64,000 bases of DNA from NCBI GenBank assembly GCA_964618625.1, contig CAZUBI010000001.1, forward strand, positions 65,940 through 129,939, in the 5' to 3' direction. This document shows positions 1 to 9,130 of the stretch, one piece after another. The position numbers were made by a program, and so were the translations under genes. This stretch comes from an uncultured Candidatus Saccharibacteria bacterium. GTDB lineage: Bacteria > Patescibacteriota > Minisyncoccia > UBA6257. Under the pieces are notes generated by a model that was given only the letters and a program-made list of their open reading frames with translations, had not been told where the DNA came from and ran no database searches. Within the stretch, counting starts at the first letter, position 1. The number at the start of each line of letters is the position of its first letter.

Positions 1-171
1 ATTCTCTAATTTTTCTGGCGTAAGTACAGCAATATTGTTTTGTTTGGCTAAATTATAAACAGGGGTAGGGGAAGGAGCAGTGACTACTAAAACCGGCTTC
101 ATGCCAGAGTCAAAAAGTTTATTAAGCATTATTTTTGCAAATTCAGATGAACCAAAGAATATAAAACGCAT
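1..171 (-). CDS. fmt: methionyl-tRNA formyltransferase, N-terminal part (runs off window start)
   Basis: Reverse-strand translation from ATG at 171 gives MRFIFFGSSEFAKIMLNKLFDSGMKPVLVVTAPSPTP..., typical Fmt N-terminus; lies directly downstream of def as in the def-fmt operon. Confidence 0.7.
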   Translation of the reverse strand, partial: MRFIFFGSSEFAKIMLNKLFDSGMKPVLVVTAPSPTPVYNLAKQNNIAVLTPEKLEN

Positions 172-181
172 AATTTTAATT

Positions 182-655
182 TTATAGGGCTCCTGTTTTT
201 CGTGTTTGCTTTGTAATATTTTTTGCTTTATCGATGAAGAGTATGCCATCAAGATGATCTGCTTCATGTTGAATTACTCTGGCTAATAAACCAAAAGCTT
301 TCATCTTTATCTTTTTACCGTCAAAATTAATGGCTTTTAAGGTTATTCTTTTTGACCTTTCTACTTCACCATAAATATTTGGCAAACTTAAACAGCCTTC
401 TTCCATTACTGAAGTTTCTGGAAAAAACTTTATGATTTCAGGATTAATGAAAGTATAAAACTTATCATCTATTTCACAAATAATAATACGCGTAGGTTCT
501 CCCACCTGAATTGCCGCTAATCCCACCCCGTTATTTTGTCTTACCACCTCTTTCATCTGTTCAATCAAACTACGCACATCTGAGTCAATATGCTTCACAG
601 GAAGGCTTTTTTGCCTCAAAGTTTTATTATTTTCTCCAGTAAGTATTTCCATCAC
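182..655 (-). CDS. def: peptide deformylase
   Basis: All three PDF motifs seen in the ORF: GVGLAAIQVG, EGCLS, QHEADHLDG. Confidence 0.9.
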   Translation of the reverse strand: MMEILTGENNKTLRQKSLPVKHIDSDVRSLIEQMKEVVRQNNGVGLAAIQVGEPTRIIICEIDDKFYTFINPEIIKFFPETSVMEEGCLSLPNIYGEVERSKRITLKAINFDGKKIKMKAFGLLARVIQHEADHLDGILFIDKAKNITKQTRKTGAL

Positions 656-1800
656 AATATATTTATTGGGTCAACATCAATTTTCCAGTTTGAAGGAACG
701 AATTTTAAAATCTTATTCCTCAATGCCAATTCTTTTTTAGTTAAAATAGGTGAAAGTAAATTGAGCCCCAATAAAGGATTAATCTCTTCTTTAATTTTAC
801 TTTCAAAGTATTTATATTTTACCAGAATATTCCATTTATAAAAACCTTTTTCTTTAAAAACAAAGGCTTGCGCAGGTCCTAAAATAATAAAATCTTTCTG
901 AAGGTTCTTTGGAATTAACTTATTTATGGCTTGCTCTAAATTCCTTTTTGTTTCTTCAGCTTCTTTCACCCCCTTTTTTTGATCTTTGTCAGAAAGTGTC
1001 AATTTTATTAATTGAACATAAGGAGGCCAAAGATAATCTTTTCGCCATTTTTTTTCTTCTTGTAGGAATTTTTTTTCCTCATTGTTTATAAAACATTGGA
1101 ATAATCTATTTTCAGGAATTAATGTCTGTATTATTAATTTTTCTTTAGACAAAGCCTTCAGTTTTGAAAGATTTAAAAACACTCTTTCCTCGCTATAATA
1201 ATCTGGTAAGAAAAGTGCAGGATCAACAGAAGCCACTATTACTAAATAGGCAGCTTTTAATTGAGGATTTAAAAGAGCTTCAGTCCCTATTAATATTTTA
1301 ATATCTCCTCGATTAAATTTATCAAAAATATCTGATTTTTGTTTATCAGAAGTTTCCCCTTCGATTAACGTAAAAATAGGCGTTGGAATAATAAATCTTT
1401 TAATTTCTTCAGCAATTCTCTCAATACCAATTCCCAAGGCTTTAAGCTTATAACCCCTGCAGGAAGGACAAACTGGTGGTATAGAAACATTATAATTACA
1501 ATGATGGCAGATAAGAACCTTCGCTTCACTCAGAACCTTGTTTCTCACTTCGTTTGAAATAAGCCTAGATTTATTGTGAAACCCCAAGGGAATATCACAA
1601 TTTGGGCATTTAAATACAAAACCACATTCCTGGCATATAATGCTTGTCGCCAAGCCTTTTCTGTTAATAAAAATAATAATTCTTTTTCTTTTTTTTAGGG
1701 CTTTTTGAATTTCAATAAAAGCATCGGGAGAAATGGCTTGAAATGGTTTTTTCTCTTTTCTAACCTTTTTTAGATCAATAATTTTAATAAGAGGCATCAT
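652..1800 (-). CDS. priA: primosomal protein N' (PriA)-like, C-terminal half with Cys4 zinc-binding region
   Basis: CQECGF..CPNCD...CHHC...CPSC cysteine cluster typical of the PriA zinc-binding domain. Contiguous with upstream ORF 1784..2623 but in another frame. Confidence 0.6.
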   Translation of the reverse strand: MMPLIKIIDLKKVRKEKKPFQAISPDAFIEIQKALKKRKRIIIFINRKGLATSIICQECGFVFKCPNCDIPLGFHNKSRLISNEVRNKVLSEAKVLICHHCNYNVSIPPVCPSCRGYKLKALGIGIERIAEEIKRFIIPTPIFTLIEGETSDKQKSDIFDKFNRGDIKILIGTEALLNPQLKAAYLVIVASVDPALFLPDYYSEERVFLNLSKLKALSKEKLIIQTLIPENRLFQCFINNEEKKFLQEEKKWRKDYLWPPYVQLIKLTLSDKDQKKGVKEAEETKRNLEQAINKLIPKNLQKDFIILGPAQAFVFKEKGFYKWNILVKYKYFESKIKEEINPLLGLNLLSPILTKKELALRNKILKFVPSNWKIDVDPINIL

Positions 1801-2623
1801 AATAAATGATTGAAGAATTATAATACAAAGCTAAATAGTTAATAAGAAAAGTGGAGTTATAATAAGGTTTTTGATCCCATGATTTATAAGAATTATTGCT
1901 TCCATCCACTACAATTACAAGTCCTAAATTTTGCCAAGGCAAAAACAGAGATGAGCGCCGTCCTATAATTAATTGCGCTTCCTGAGAATTAACTTTTGTC
2001 CATAAAGAATTAAATTCTTTAATTTTTAAATCATTTGAGGAAATAAAAATTGGCGTAGAGATTTTAGATGATAATTTAGTAAAATAATAATTTTGATAGA
2101 AAATAGTCGGAACGAGAATTAACACCTGTTTTTTGTTTTTAAGATTTGCCTTTATTTTTTGAATAACATCAGAAAAATCATTGGAACCTATTTTTTCTAT
2201 TTTATCTTTTTTTGTCTTTGAAACTGATGGATCAAAATATTTTGGGAAGTCTTTTTCTAGTTTTTCTACATAATTTATTAAAGATTTTATTCGACGTGGT
2301 AAAATAATTTTCAAACACAACGAAATTGGATAAAAATAATAACGAGAGATAAAGTTTGCTAAAAGAAAAAACAGTGGCGGAACTATCTGTCTTGAAGAGA
2401 TGACTTTATTTATTGGTTTTAAAACAAAATCAGCCTTTTTTAAGGTTGCTTTTTTTGAGGACACAGACGCTGAATTCAACACTATTGCCATTACATTCCT
2501 GCGTCTTAAAGGTATTTCAACAATAGATCCTTTTATTAAATCCGACTTATAAAAATAAGAAAAAATTTGTGGTTGAGGTCTTGGAATATTAGTCAATGGA
2601 ATTACGTTAATGATAAACATCAT
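1784..2623 (-). CDS. priA: PriA-like N-terminal half (3'-DNA-binding region plus degenerate helicase core)
   Basis: KKQVLILVPTI resembles the PriA segment after Walker A, but there is no GxGKT Walker A, and the DExH box is replaced by VVDGSN. Overlaps the next ORF by 17 nt in a different frame. Confidence 0.5.
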   Translation of the reverse strand: MMFIINVIPLTNIPRPQPQIFSYFYKSDLIKGSIVEIPLRRRNVMAIVLNSASVSSKKATLKKADFVLKPINKVISSRQIVPPLFFLLANFISRYYFYPISLCLKIILPRRIKSLINYVEKLEKDFPKYFDPSVSKTKKDKIEKIGSNDFSDVIQKIKANLKNKKQVLILVPTIFYQNYYFTKLSSKISTPIFISSNDLKIKEFNSLWTKVNSQEAQLIIGRRSSLFLPWQNLGLVIVVDGSNNSYKSWDQKPYYNSTFLINYLALYYNSSIIYYDASY

Positions 2624-3177
2624 TTAAAATTTAATGTATATGTGGCTAAATCCGTATATTGTGGCCCTGAACGACTTAATTCGCTCTCTATAACAGATAT
2701 GGAATTAATTACAAAGGATTTATTAATTTTTTCTTCCAGTTCTGATAGACGCGGTGGTTTTGTTTCGTTTCTGAAGCGCGCTAAAGTAACATGGGGTTTG
2801 AATAAACGATTTTCTATTTTAAAATTTATTCCTTGATCCATTAATTCATTTTCTAATGCTTTATGAAGTTTGTCTAAATTCTTTGAAATTTCGCCTTCTG
2901 CCCAAATTAGGCGAGGGGAGTGTGGATTTGGACCATAAGTTATTTTATTTAATTTAACCTCTATTGGAAAGAACAAAGAAGCAATATTTTGACAAGCTTT
3001 ATTAATTTTTAATATATTATCATTACTAACATATCCAATAAAAATCAATGTTAAATGTAAGGCCTGCTCAGGTATAAGCCGAAAACCAAAATTGCGGAGT
3101 TTCTTTTGTTGATAATCTAAAAAAATCTTCTTAACATCATTTGACAAATGCGAAGCAATAAATATTCTATGTCCCAT
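2620..3177 (-). CDS. thpR: RNA 2',3'-cyclic phosphodiesterase (2H phosphoesterase, LigT/ThpR family)
   Basis: Two H-x-T-x motifs (HLTLIF and HVTLAR) at the expected spacing. Confidence 0.8.
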   Translation of the reverse strand: MGHRIFIASHLSNDVKKIFLDYQQKKLRNFGFRLIPEQALHLTLIFIGYVSNDNILKINKACQNIASLFFPIEVKLNKITYGPNPHSPRLIWAEGEISKNLDKLHKALENELMDQGINFKIENRLFKPHVTLARFRNETKPPRLSELEEKINKSFVINSISVIESELSRSGPQYTDLATYTLNFK

Positions 3178-3212
3178 AGCAACAAATTAATAAACTAGAT
3201 AGAAATAGAGGC

Positions 3213-3277
3213 GAGGGTAGATTGTTGAGAAAACCATAGCAATTAGCGTGTTTTTGAAACAATTACCTGGGTCTCTA
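3213..3277 (+). repeat. family-A palindromic intergenic element, copy a (core ...GAGAAAACCATAGCAATTAGCGTGTTTTTGAAAC...)
   Basis: Shares the conserved core with 8 other copies. Itself nested in an outer palindrome agatagaaatagag / ctctattctcattctatct (about 3197..3292). Confidence 0.8.
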
Positions 3278-3320
3278 TTCTCATTCTATCTTATTTCCCC
3301 TGTGATTTCCAGCTGTTAAA

Positions 3321-3387
3321 CCCCCACACCAAACGGGCACATACTCTGTTTAGTGCAAAGCACTCAGTGCTCATTATGGTGTGGGGG
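3321..3387 (+). ncRNA. candidate structured small RNA, copy 1 (P1 CCCCCACACC/GGUGUGGGGG; P2 GGGCAC/GUGCUC; P3 AGUGC-AAA-GCACU)
   Basis: Nested 3-helix hairpin. A second copy at 55016..55086 keeps the structure through compensatory changes. Confidence 0.5.
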
Positions 3388-3392
3388 TAAAA

Positions 3393-3422
3393 TTGACAAA
3401 AACAGTGTTTAAGATATATAAT
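3393..3422 (+). promoter_or_regulatory. sigma-70-like promoter (TTGACA-18-TATAAT) immediately upstream of murC; implies a leaderless or near-leaderless mRNA
   Basis: TTGACA at 3393-3398 and TATAAT at 3417-3422; ATG at 3429. Confidence 0.5.
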
Positions 3423-3428
3423 TACTAA

Positions 3429-4829
3429 ATGGCTATGAAGAAAAAGCAAATTCATTTAATCGGCATTGGAGGAGTAGGAATGACCGCTTTAGCCAATCTC
3501 TTATTAGAAAAAGGATATTCATTATCAGGCTCTGATAAAAATGATTTTGTAGCAAGAAAGATTTTAGAAAAAAAAGGAGCAAAGATATATATTGGCCACA
3601 AGGCTGATAATATAAAAAAAACAGAAATTGTAATTTATTCTTCTGCAATTCCTGTTAATAACATTGAGCTTGAAACAGCTCAAAAGATGAAAGTTCCTTT
3701 ATCGAATCGTTTTGATTTTCTGATGAATATTCTGGTTGAAAAAAAGATCATTAGCATTGCAGGAACTCATGGAAAAAGTACTACTGTAGCAATGATTGCC
3801 CATATTTTAGAAAAAGCAAAATTAAAACCAACAGTTTATTTAGGAGCTAAAAATAAAACGTATCCATTGGGAAGTAAATGGGGATCAGGAGAATATTCTG
3901 TTTTGGAAACAGATGAGCATGATAAATCGTTTTTAAAAACTCCGTTTTTTCTTTGTGTAATTACTAATGTTGATAAGGATCATTTAGATATTAATGGTCC
4001 TTATAAAGGACAATTTTCTTTATTGAAAAAAGCTTTTGAAGATTTTTCTCAAAATAATCAGTCTGGATTTATTGTTTTAAATAATGATGATTCTTTTTTA
4101 AAAAAAATAGCAAAACAAAAGAAAAGAAAATCTTTAACTTTTGGAATAAACAATAAAGCCGATCTTTTTGTCAAAAATATTGATTATAAAGGAATAAAAA
4201 CTTTTTCGGATTTATTTATAAATAATAAATTTCAAGGAAGATTAGAGCTCTCTTTGCCTGGAAAAGAAAATATCTACAATGCTTTAGGCGCTATTTCTGT
4301 TTCACAAATTCTCAATGTTCCTTTAAAAGATGCCCTGCAATATTTAAAAACCTTTACTGGTATAAAAAGAAGATTTTCCATCCTATATAATAAAGAAATT
4401 GCAATAATTGATGATTATGCGCATCATCCTACTGAAATAGAAGGTACTTTAAGAATGGCAAGAATTGTTTTTCCAAAAAGAAAAATTATATTAATTTTAG
4501 AACCTCATCGTTATTCTCGAATTTTTCTTCTGTATAAAGACTTTGCTCGAGCAATAAAGAATTGCGACATTTTATTTCTTTTACCGCTAGATTCATCTAA
4601 TGAAAAACCTATTAAAAGGATTAACAGCGAAAAAATATATAAGGAGATATTAAAAACAAAAACCTTAAGTAAAAATAAATTACATCTTGTAAAAAATGAA
4701 TCATCTTTTTTGAGAAATCTTTTCAAATTTCAAAAAGATGGTGATGTTTTCCTTTTTGCTGGTCCAGGAAAAATAGCAAATCTTCCCCCTCAATTTATTA
4801 ATTTATTGAAAAGTTATGAAAAAGAATAA
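3429..4829 (+). CDS. murC: UDP-N-acetylmuramate--L-alanine ligase (MurC-family Mur ligase)
   Basis: HLIGIGGVGMTALA N-terminal Rossmann motif and GTHGKSTT P-loop typical of MurC/Mpl. Confidence 0.8.
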   Translation: MAMKKKQIHLIGIGGVGMTALANLLLEKGYSLSGSDKNDFVARKILEKKGAKIYIGHKADNIKKTEIVIYSSAIPVNNIELETAQKMKVPLSNRFDFLMNILVEKKIISIAGTHGKSTTVAMIAHILEKAKLKPTVYLGAKNKTYPLGSKWGSGEYSVLETDEHDKSFLKTPFFLCVITNVDKDHLDINGPYKGQFSLLKKAFEDFSQNNQSGFIVLNNDDSFLKKIAKQKKRKSLTFGINNKADLFVKNIDYKGIKTFSDLFINNKFQGRLELSLPGKENIYNALGAISVSQILNVPLKDALQYLKTFTGIKRRFSILYNKEIAIIDDYAHHPTEIEGTLRMARIVFPKRKIILILEPHRYSRIFLLYKDFARAIKNCDILFLLPLDSSNEKPIKRINSEKIYKEILKTKTLSKNKLHLVKNESSFLRNLFKFQKDGDVFLFAGPGKIANLPPQFINLLKSYEKE

Positions 4830-6075
4830 TAACTATAGAAAAATTTGTTTAGTAATTTTAGTTATAATTTGCCTCGTAGGCGCATGGGTTTTTGGTTTTT
4901 CTCAAGGCGCAAATTGGGGTTGGAAAGCTAATTTACCTTCTCCTTTTGAAAAAATTATCAATAAAGAAAAACCTGCGGAAATCACAGAAACTGACATGAG
5001 TATTTTTTGGGATACATGGAAGGTTATTTTAGAAAAATATGTTGGTAGAAATGATTTAGATGCTCAAAAAATAATCTTAGGCGCTACCAGAGGTATAATA
5101 AACGCATTGAAAGACCCCTATTCAGAGTTTTTGGATTCTGAGCAAACAAAAAATCTTTCTCAGGAATTATCCGGAGAATTCTATGGTGTGGGAATGGAAA
5201 TTGGAAGACGCGATGGATTTTTGATAGTCATAGCGCCTCTTTCAGATACTCCTGCAGAAAAAGCTGGATTGAAGGCAAACGATAAAATTATTAAAATAGA
5301 TGAAACTGAAACAATTGATTTATCTCCGTTTGAAGCTGCTAAGCTAATACGAGGGCCAGAAAGAACAAAGGTAATATTAACTATTTATCGATCTAATTGG
5401 GATGAAGCAAAAAAAATAGAATTAATTAGAAAAAAGATTTCTATTCCTTCAGTAAAATGGGAAAAAATAGATAATAATATTGCTTATCTGAAAATTTATA
5501 ATTTTAACCAACCTCTTACACTTAATTTTTATAAAATAGCTTTAGAAATAGCTTTTACCAGACCACAGGGGTTAATTATAGATCTTAGAAATAATCCAGG
5601 CGGATATTTAGAATCAGTCGTTAATATTAGCGGTTGGTTTTTAGAAAAAGGAGATATTATTCTTAAAGAAGATTTTGGTAATGATAAAATAAAAATCTTT
5701 CGGGTAAGAATTGGGCAAGCATTACTGAAAAACATTCCTACAGTTATTCTAATAAATGAAGGTACAGCTTCAGCTTCAGAAATATTAGCTGGCGCTTTAA
5801 GAGATAATAGGGGAGTTAAATTAATTGGGGAGAAAAGCTTTGGCAAAGGATCTGTACAAGAATTAGTTTCCTTAAAAGATAATAATAGCGTTAAAATCAC
5901 TATATCACGATGGCTGACCCCCAATGAAACTATTATTGAAGATAATGGCCTTATTCCAGATATTGAAGTTAAAAACGAGGAAGAATTTGGCACTTTTTCT
6001 AAAATAGATTTAGAAAAAGACAAACAATTACAAACAGCTATAGCAGAATTACAAAAATTACTAACCACTAATTAA
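4816..6075 (+). CDS. ctpA: carboxyl-terminal processing protease (S41 family with PDZ domain)
   Basis: PDZ segment ([12 protein letters not shown]) and S41 catalytic region [13 protein letters not shown] ... [13 protein letters not shown]; N-terminal membrane anchor. Confidence 0.8.
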   Translation: MKKNNNYRKICLVILVIICLVGAWVFGFSQGANWGWKANLPSPFEKIINKEKPAEITETDMSIFWDTWKVILEKYVGRNDLDAQKIILGATRGIINALKDPYSEFLDSEQTKNLSQELSGEFYGVGMEIGRRDGFLIVIAPLSDTPAEKAGLKANDKIIKIDETETIDLSPFEAAKLIRGPERTKVILTIYRSNWDEAKKIELIRKKISIPSVKWEKIDNNIAYLKIYNFNQPLTLNFYKIALEIAFTRPQGLIIDLRNNPGGYLESVVNISGWFLEKGDIILKEDFGNDKIKIFRVRIGQALLKNIPTVILINEGTASASEILAGALRDNRGVKLIGEKSFGKGSVQELVSLKDNNSVKITISRWLTPNETIIEDNGLIPDIEVKNEEEFGTFSKIDLEKDKQLQTAIAELQKLLTTN

Positions 6076-6083
6076 TAATCCTT

Positions 6084-6548
6084 ATGAAAATTTATCTTTT
6101 AAAAGATGTCCAAAGTTTAGGCAATAAAGGAGAAATTAAAAATGTAGCAGATGGTTATGCTATAAATTATCTTTTTCCCCAAAAAATTGCCCAAAGAGCT
6201 GATTCAGATATTATCAAAAAGGTTTCAGAAAAAAAAGAACAGAAGATAAAAACTGATAAAAAACAAAAAGAGCAAGCTCTTAAACTAGCCACCCGTCTTA
6301 AAAAGATTATTTTAGAAATTCCCCTTAAATTCCCTGAAAAAGGAAAGGGGGCTTATAGCTCTGTAAACAGCAAAAGAATTATTGAAGAATTGGAAGCTCA
6401 AGGCATTCATCTATTAGAAAATCAAATTGAATTAAAAAAATCCCTCAAAAAGGAAGGACTTTATGATGTGCGTTTAATTCTATATCCTGGAATAGAAACC
6501 TCCTTGAAGGTAAGGATTAAAGCTATTATTTCTGAACAGAAGGAATGA
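6084..6548 (+). CDS. rplI: 50S ribosomal protein L9
   Basis: [32 protein letters not shown] matches the L9 N-domain. Confidence 0.85.
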   Translation: MKIYLLKDVQSLGNKGEIKNVADGYAINYLFPQKIAQRADSDIIKKVSEKKEQKIKTDKKQKEQALKLATRLKKIILEIPLKFPEKGKGAYSSVNSKRIIEELEAQGIHLLENQIELKKSLKKEGLYDVRLILYPGIETSLKVRIKAIISEQKE

Positions 6549-6813
6549 CATTTATCAGGCTAATTCTTTTTGTTTTGCCTGTAAAAGTTCTTTTTCTTTT
6601 ATTAGAAAATTTTACTATTCCATTAATAAGAGAATAAATAGTATCATCGCAACCTAATTTAGTGTTTAATCCTGGATGCCACTTAGTTCCTCTTTGCCTA
6701 ATTAAAACATTGCCAGATTTTACTATCTGACCATCAAATTTCTTAACTCCTAATCTTTTAGATTTTGAATCCCTTCCTAATTTTGTTGAACCACCTGACT
6801 TAACGTGCGCCAT
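6526..6813 (-). CDS. rpmA: 50S ribosomal protein L27
   Basis: [29 protein letters not shown]...[10 protein letters not shown] is the L27 signature. Confidence 0.9.
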   Translation of the reverse strand: MAHVKSGGSTKLGRDSKSKRLGVKKFDGQIVKSGNVLIRQRGTKWHPGLNTKLGCDDTIYSLINGIVKFSNKRKRTFTGKTKRISLINVIPSVQK

Positions 6814-6830
6814 ATCTTTTAATAAATTTT

Positions 6831-7199
6831 ATGCCCCACTGTTTGGAAATTCTAACAAAATTTGTTCTATTTGTCAAAAAGAATTTTTGGCTGTTTAGCC
6901 TGGGGTTTTTGAGTATAAGTCTTTCCTTTTCTGTTGGGATTATTATTGGAGCTGATATTATTTCCCGTCCACCGATCATTATAGAAAAAGAATTAATAAC
7001 AAGCATTGATGAACCTATAACAGATGAAACTACAATAACAGCTAAAGAATTTTCATTTGTAGCCAGTTCCAGAGGAAAATATTATTATCCAGTAGATTGT
7101 AATTTAGCTAATTCATTAAAAGAAGAAAATAGAATTTATTTTAAAACTCAGCAAGAAGCTGAGAATAGGGGATATATTTATAATACTAGATGTAATTGA
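6831..7199 (+). CDS. small membrane-anchored protein with a C-terminal Cys-containing domain (Ada-Zn-binding-like motif KYYYPVDC...NRIYF...QEAENRGY..RC)
   Basis: N-terminal TM helix, then the C-terminal motif. Preferred over the overlapping minus-strand 68-aa ORF. Confidence 0.4.
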   Translation: MPHCLEILTKFVLFVKKNFWLFSLGFLSISLSFSVGIIIGADIISRPPIIIEKELITSIDEPITDETTITAKEFSFVASSRGKYYYPVDCNLANSLKEENRIYFKTQQEAENRGYIYNTRCN

Positions 7200-7203
7200 A
7201 AAA

Positions 7204-8385
7204 TCACTCCATCTGTTCCTTAATTTCTTTTTTGCTTGTATGATCAGTGGTTAAACATTTGAATTCTTCGTCTATCTTTTCTATTTCTTTTATTTTTTCT
7301 CTTAAATCTACGGGTATCTCTTTTAAAACTTTTTTTAATTTCTTAGCATTAATTTCAATAACATCTTCCCATTTTTCCAATGGCTCTAAAATTTCTTTTA
7401 ATTTAGGAATATCATAAGAAATTTTATTATAAACAGTATGACTAAAGTAACCATTTTCGCCAAATACACGTTTTAAGCCTTTTTGTTGGCAATAAACATC
7501 AATTAAATTTTTTAATTCTAATAATTCTTGTTCTAATTTTTGTTTTTTCTCTTTTAAAGTAAAATATTTATCTATTTTTTCTTTAATATCTATATCATTT
7601 AAATGATTGCTTTCTTCATCTTCATAAAAATGTCGCCAAATTGGACAAATATTACGATAACCGCACCAACCGCACAATGCTGATGAATGAGGTTCAAAAT
7701 CGCTTTTTTCTATTTTATGAATTAAATCTATTGTTTTATTTTTTACTTCTTCTAGGTCTTTTTCTGTTCTTTTTGTATTTATTTTTTCATTAAATTTAAG
7801 AAAATATAAACTTAATCGTAAATTTTCCATTTTAATTCTTGGCCAGCGGTTTTTTAATCCAATAGCATAAAGAGAGAGTTGGTCATTCTTATCCAGAGCT
7901 TTTTGGGAAGGCATTCTTTTTCCTGTTTTATAATCTATTATTTCAAAAGTGCCATCTGGTAATTTATCTATTCTGTCTATTACGCCTGTTAAAATATGCT
8001 TGCCATTTGCTTTGTCAGAGTTTTCGTCAATAACAACTTCAAATCTTGTTTCTAAATCTAAAATAGCTGTTTTATGGGGAATATTTTTATTATAAAATTC
8101 TTCTAAAATTCTCAATCCTTCTTTAAAATAAGATTTTTCTTCTGCAGAATCTTTCCATTCAAAACCTTCTGTTTTTTGCGGCCAATAATCACGATAATAT
8201 TTTAATAAAGCATCAGGGGTAGGGAAGTGAGGATCTTTTTGATAAAACCATTTAAGAACTTTATGGATGTATGTACCAAAAATAGCCTCTTTGCTTTTAG
8301 GCTCTTCTATTTTATCTATATTTGAAAGTTTATATTTTAGAGGACACTGTTTAAAATTCTCTAAACTGGAATAAGAGATACGCAT
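7204..8385 (-). CDS. PD-(D/E)xK nuclease, RecB/Cas4-like, with C-terminal Cys cluster
   Basis: DRIDKL...EIIDYKTG (D..ExK core) plus CGWCGYRNICP cysteine cluster as in Cas4/AddB-type Fe-S nucleases. Confidence 0.6.
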   Translation of the reverse strand: MRISYSSLENFKQCPLKYKLSNIDKIEEPKSKEAIFGTYIHKVLKWFYQKDPHFPTPDALLKYYRDYWPQKTEGFEWKDSAEEKSYFKEGLRILEEFYNKNIPHKTAILDLETRFEVVIDENSDKANGKHILTGVIDRIDKLPDGTFEIIDYKTGKRMPSQKALDKNDQLSLYAIGLKNRWPRIKMENLRLSLYFLKFNEKINTKRTEKDLEEVKNKTIDLIHKIEKSDFEPHSSALCGWCGYRNICPIWRHFYEDEESNHLNDIDIKEKIDKYFTLKEKKQKLEQELLELKNLIDVYCQQKGLKRVFGENGYFSHTVYNKISYDIPKLKEILEPLEKWEDVIEINAKKLKKVLKEIPVDLREKIKEIEKIDEEFKCLTTDHTSKKEIKEQME

Positions 8386-8424
8386 ATTCAGTTATTTTAT
8401 CATGCATTTACCAACTTTCATATA

Positions 8425-8453
8425 TTGACAGATTAAGTAGACAATGATATAAT
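8425..8453 (+). promoter_or_regulatory. near-consensus sigma-70 promoter, TTGACA-17-TATAAT
   Basis: TTGACA 8425-8430, TATAAT 8448-8453, followed by AAGGAGGGG RBS and a TTG start at 8520. Confidence 0.6.
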
Positions 8454-8519
8454 AGAATTACTTGCAATTTGAAAACAGAATAAATTAAAAAATATAGAAA
8501 AGAAAAGGAGGGGATTTAA

Positions 8520-9056
8520 TTGAAATCTGATGTTGATATAATAGTAATTCTTGGTGCGAGCTTGAAAGCACCTTCCCAACTCAGTAAGCAAAGTCTAAAA
8601 AATTTAGATAAGCTGGTAGAGATCGGGTTGGAAGCACCAATAATTCTATCTGGAGGATTTTACAAAGGAAATAAAAATGATACAGAAGCATCACTGATGC
8701 TAAACGAGGTAAATAAGATATCTGAGCATTTGAGATCTATTTATCTTGAAACCGAAAGTCGAGATAGCAGCGAGAACGTACAATTCTCGCTAGACATTAT
8801 TCAAGAACATGGATGGAAGAACATTGTAATTATTGATCAACCACTTCATTTTTTTCAATTAAAGTTGTTATTTAAGCACTGCATGAGATTAAAACACCTG
8901 GATTTAAATTTGATATTTGTTCCTGCTGAAGGTGTTTATGGCGGTAATGTGAAGTGGTGGCAATACAGCTACTCCTTTGTGTATTTTGTGTATTTGGCAT
9001 TGTGCAATTGTTATTATATCTTAAAGGGGAAAATTACTCTTAGAGATATAGTATAG
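8520..9056 (+). CDS. DUF218 (YdcF/ElyC/SanA-like) domain protein, TTG start
   Basis: IVILGASLKA...PIILSGGF...ESRDSSENVQFS pattern typical of DUF218 proteins. Confidence 0.55.
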   Translation: MKSDVDIIVILGASLKAPSQLSKQSLKNLDKLVEIGLEAPIILSGGFYKGNKNDTEASLMLNEVNKISEHLRSIYLETESRDSSENVQFSLDIIQEHGWKNIVIIDQPLHFFQLKLLFKHCMRLKHLDLNLIFVPAEGVYGGNVKWWQYSYSFVYFVYLALCNCYYILKGKITLRDIV

Positions 9057-9086
9057 AAAAGAAAAGAAGAGGATTGTAATAAAAAA

Positions 9087-9130
9087 TGCGACAGGGAAAT
9101 AAGAAGTACCTGCCGCTATTTTATTTTATT
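9087..9130 (+). terminator. intrinsic terminator (GCGACAGG / CCTGCCGC stem then TATTTTATTTTATTT) after the DUF218 gene
   Basis: 8-bp stem with one mismatch, then a T-run. Confidence 0.5.

Noticed and set aside
3321-3387. Structured element considered as a riboswitch/leader of murC, or as SRP/6S/tRNA-like RNA
   Set aside because: The murC promoter (TTGACA-18-TATAAT) lies downstream of the element, so it is not in the murC 5' UTR. The second copy has no downstream plus-strand gene. There are no SRP domain-IV, 6S or cloverleaf features.
6800-7006. Minus-strand 68-aa ORF
   Set aside because: It overlaps the more plausible plus-strand membrane-anchored protein 6831..7199 and the rpmA start region, and has no RBS or features.
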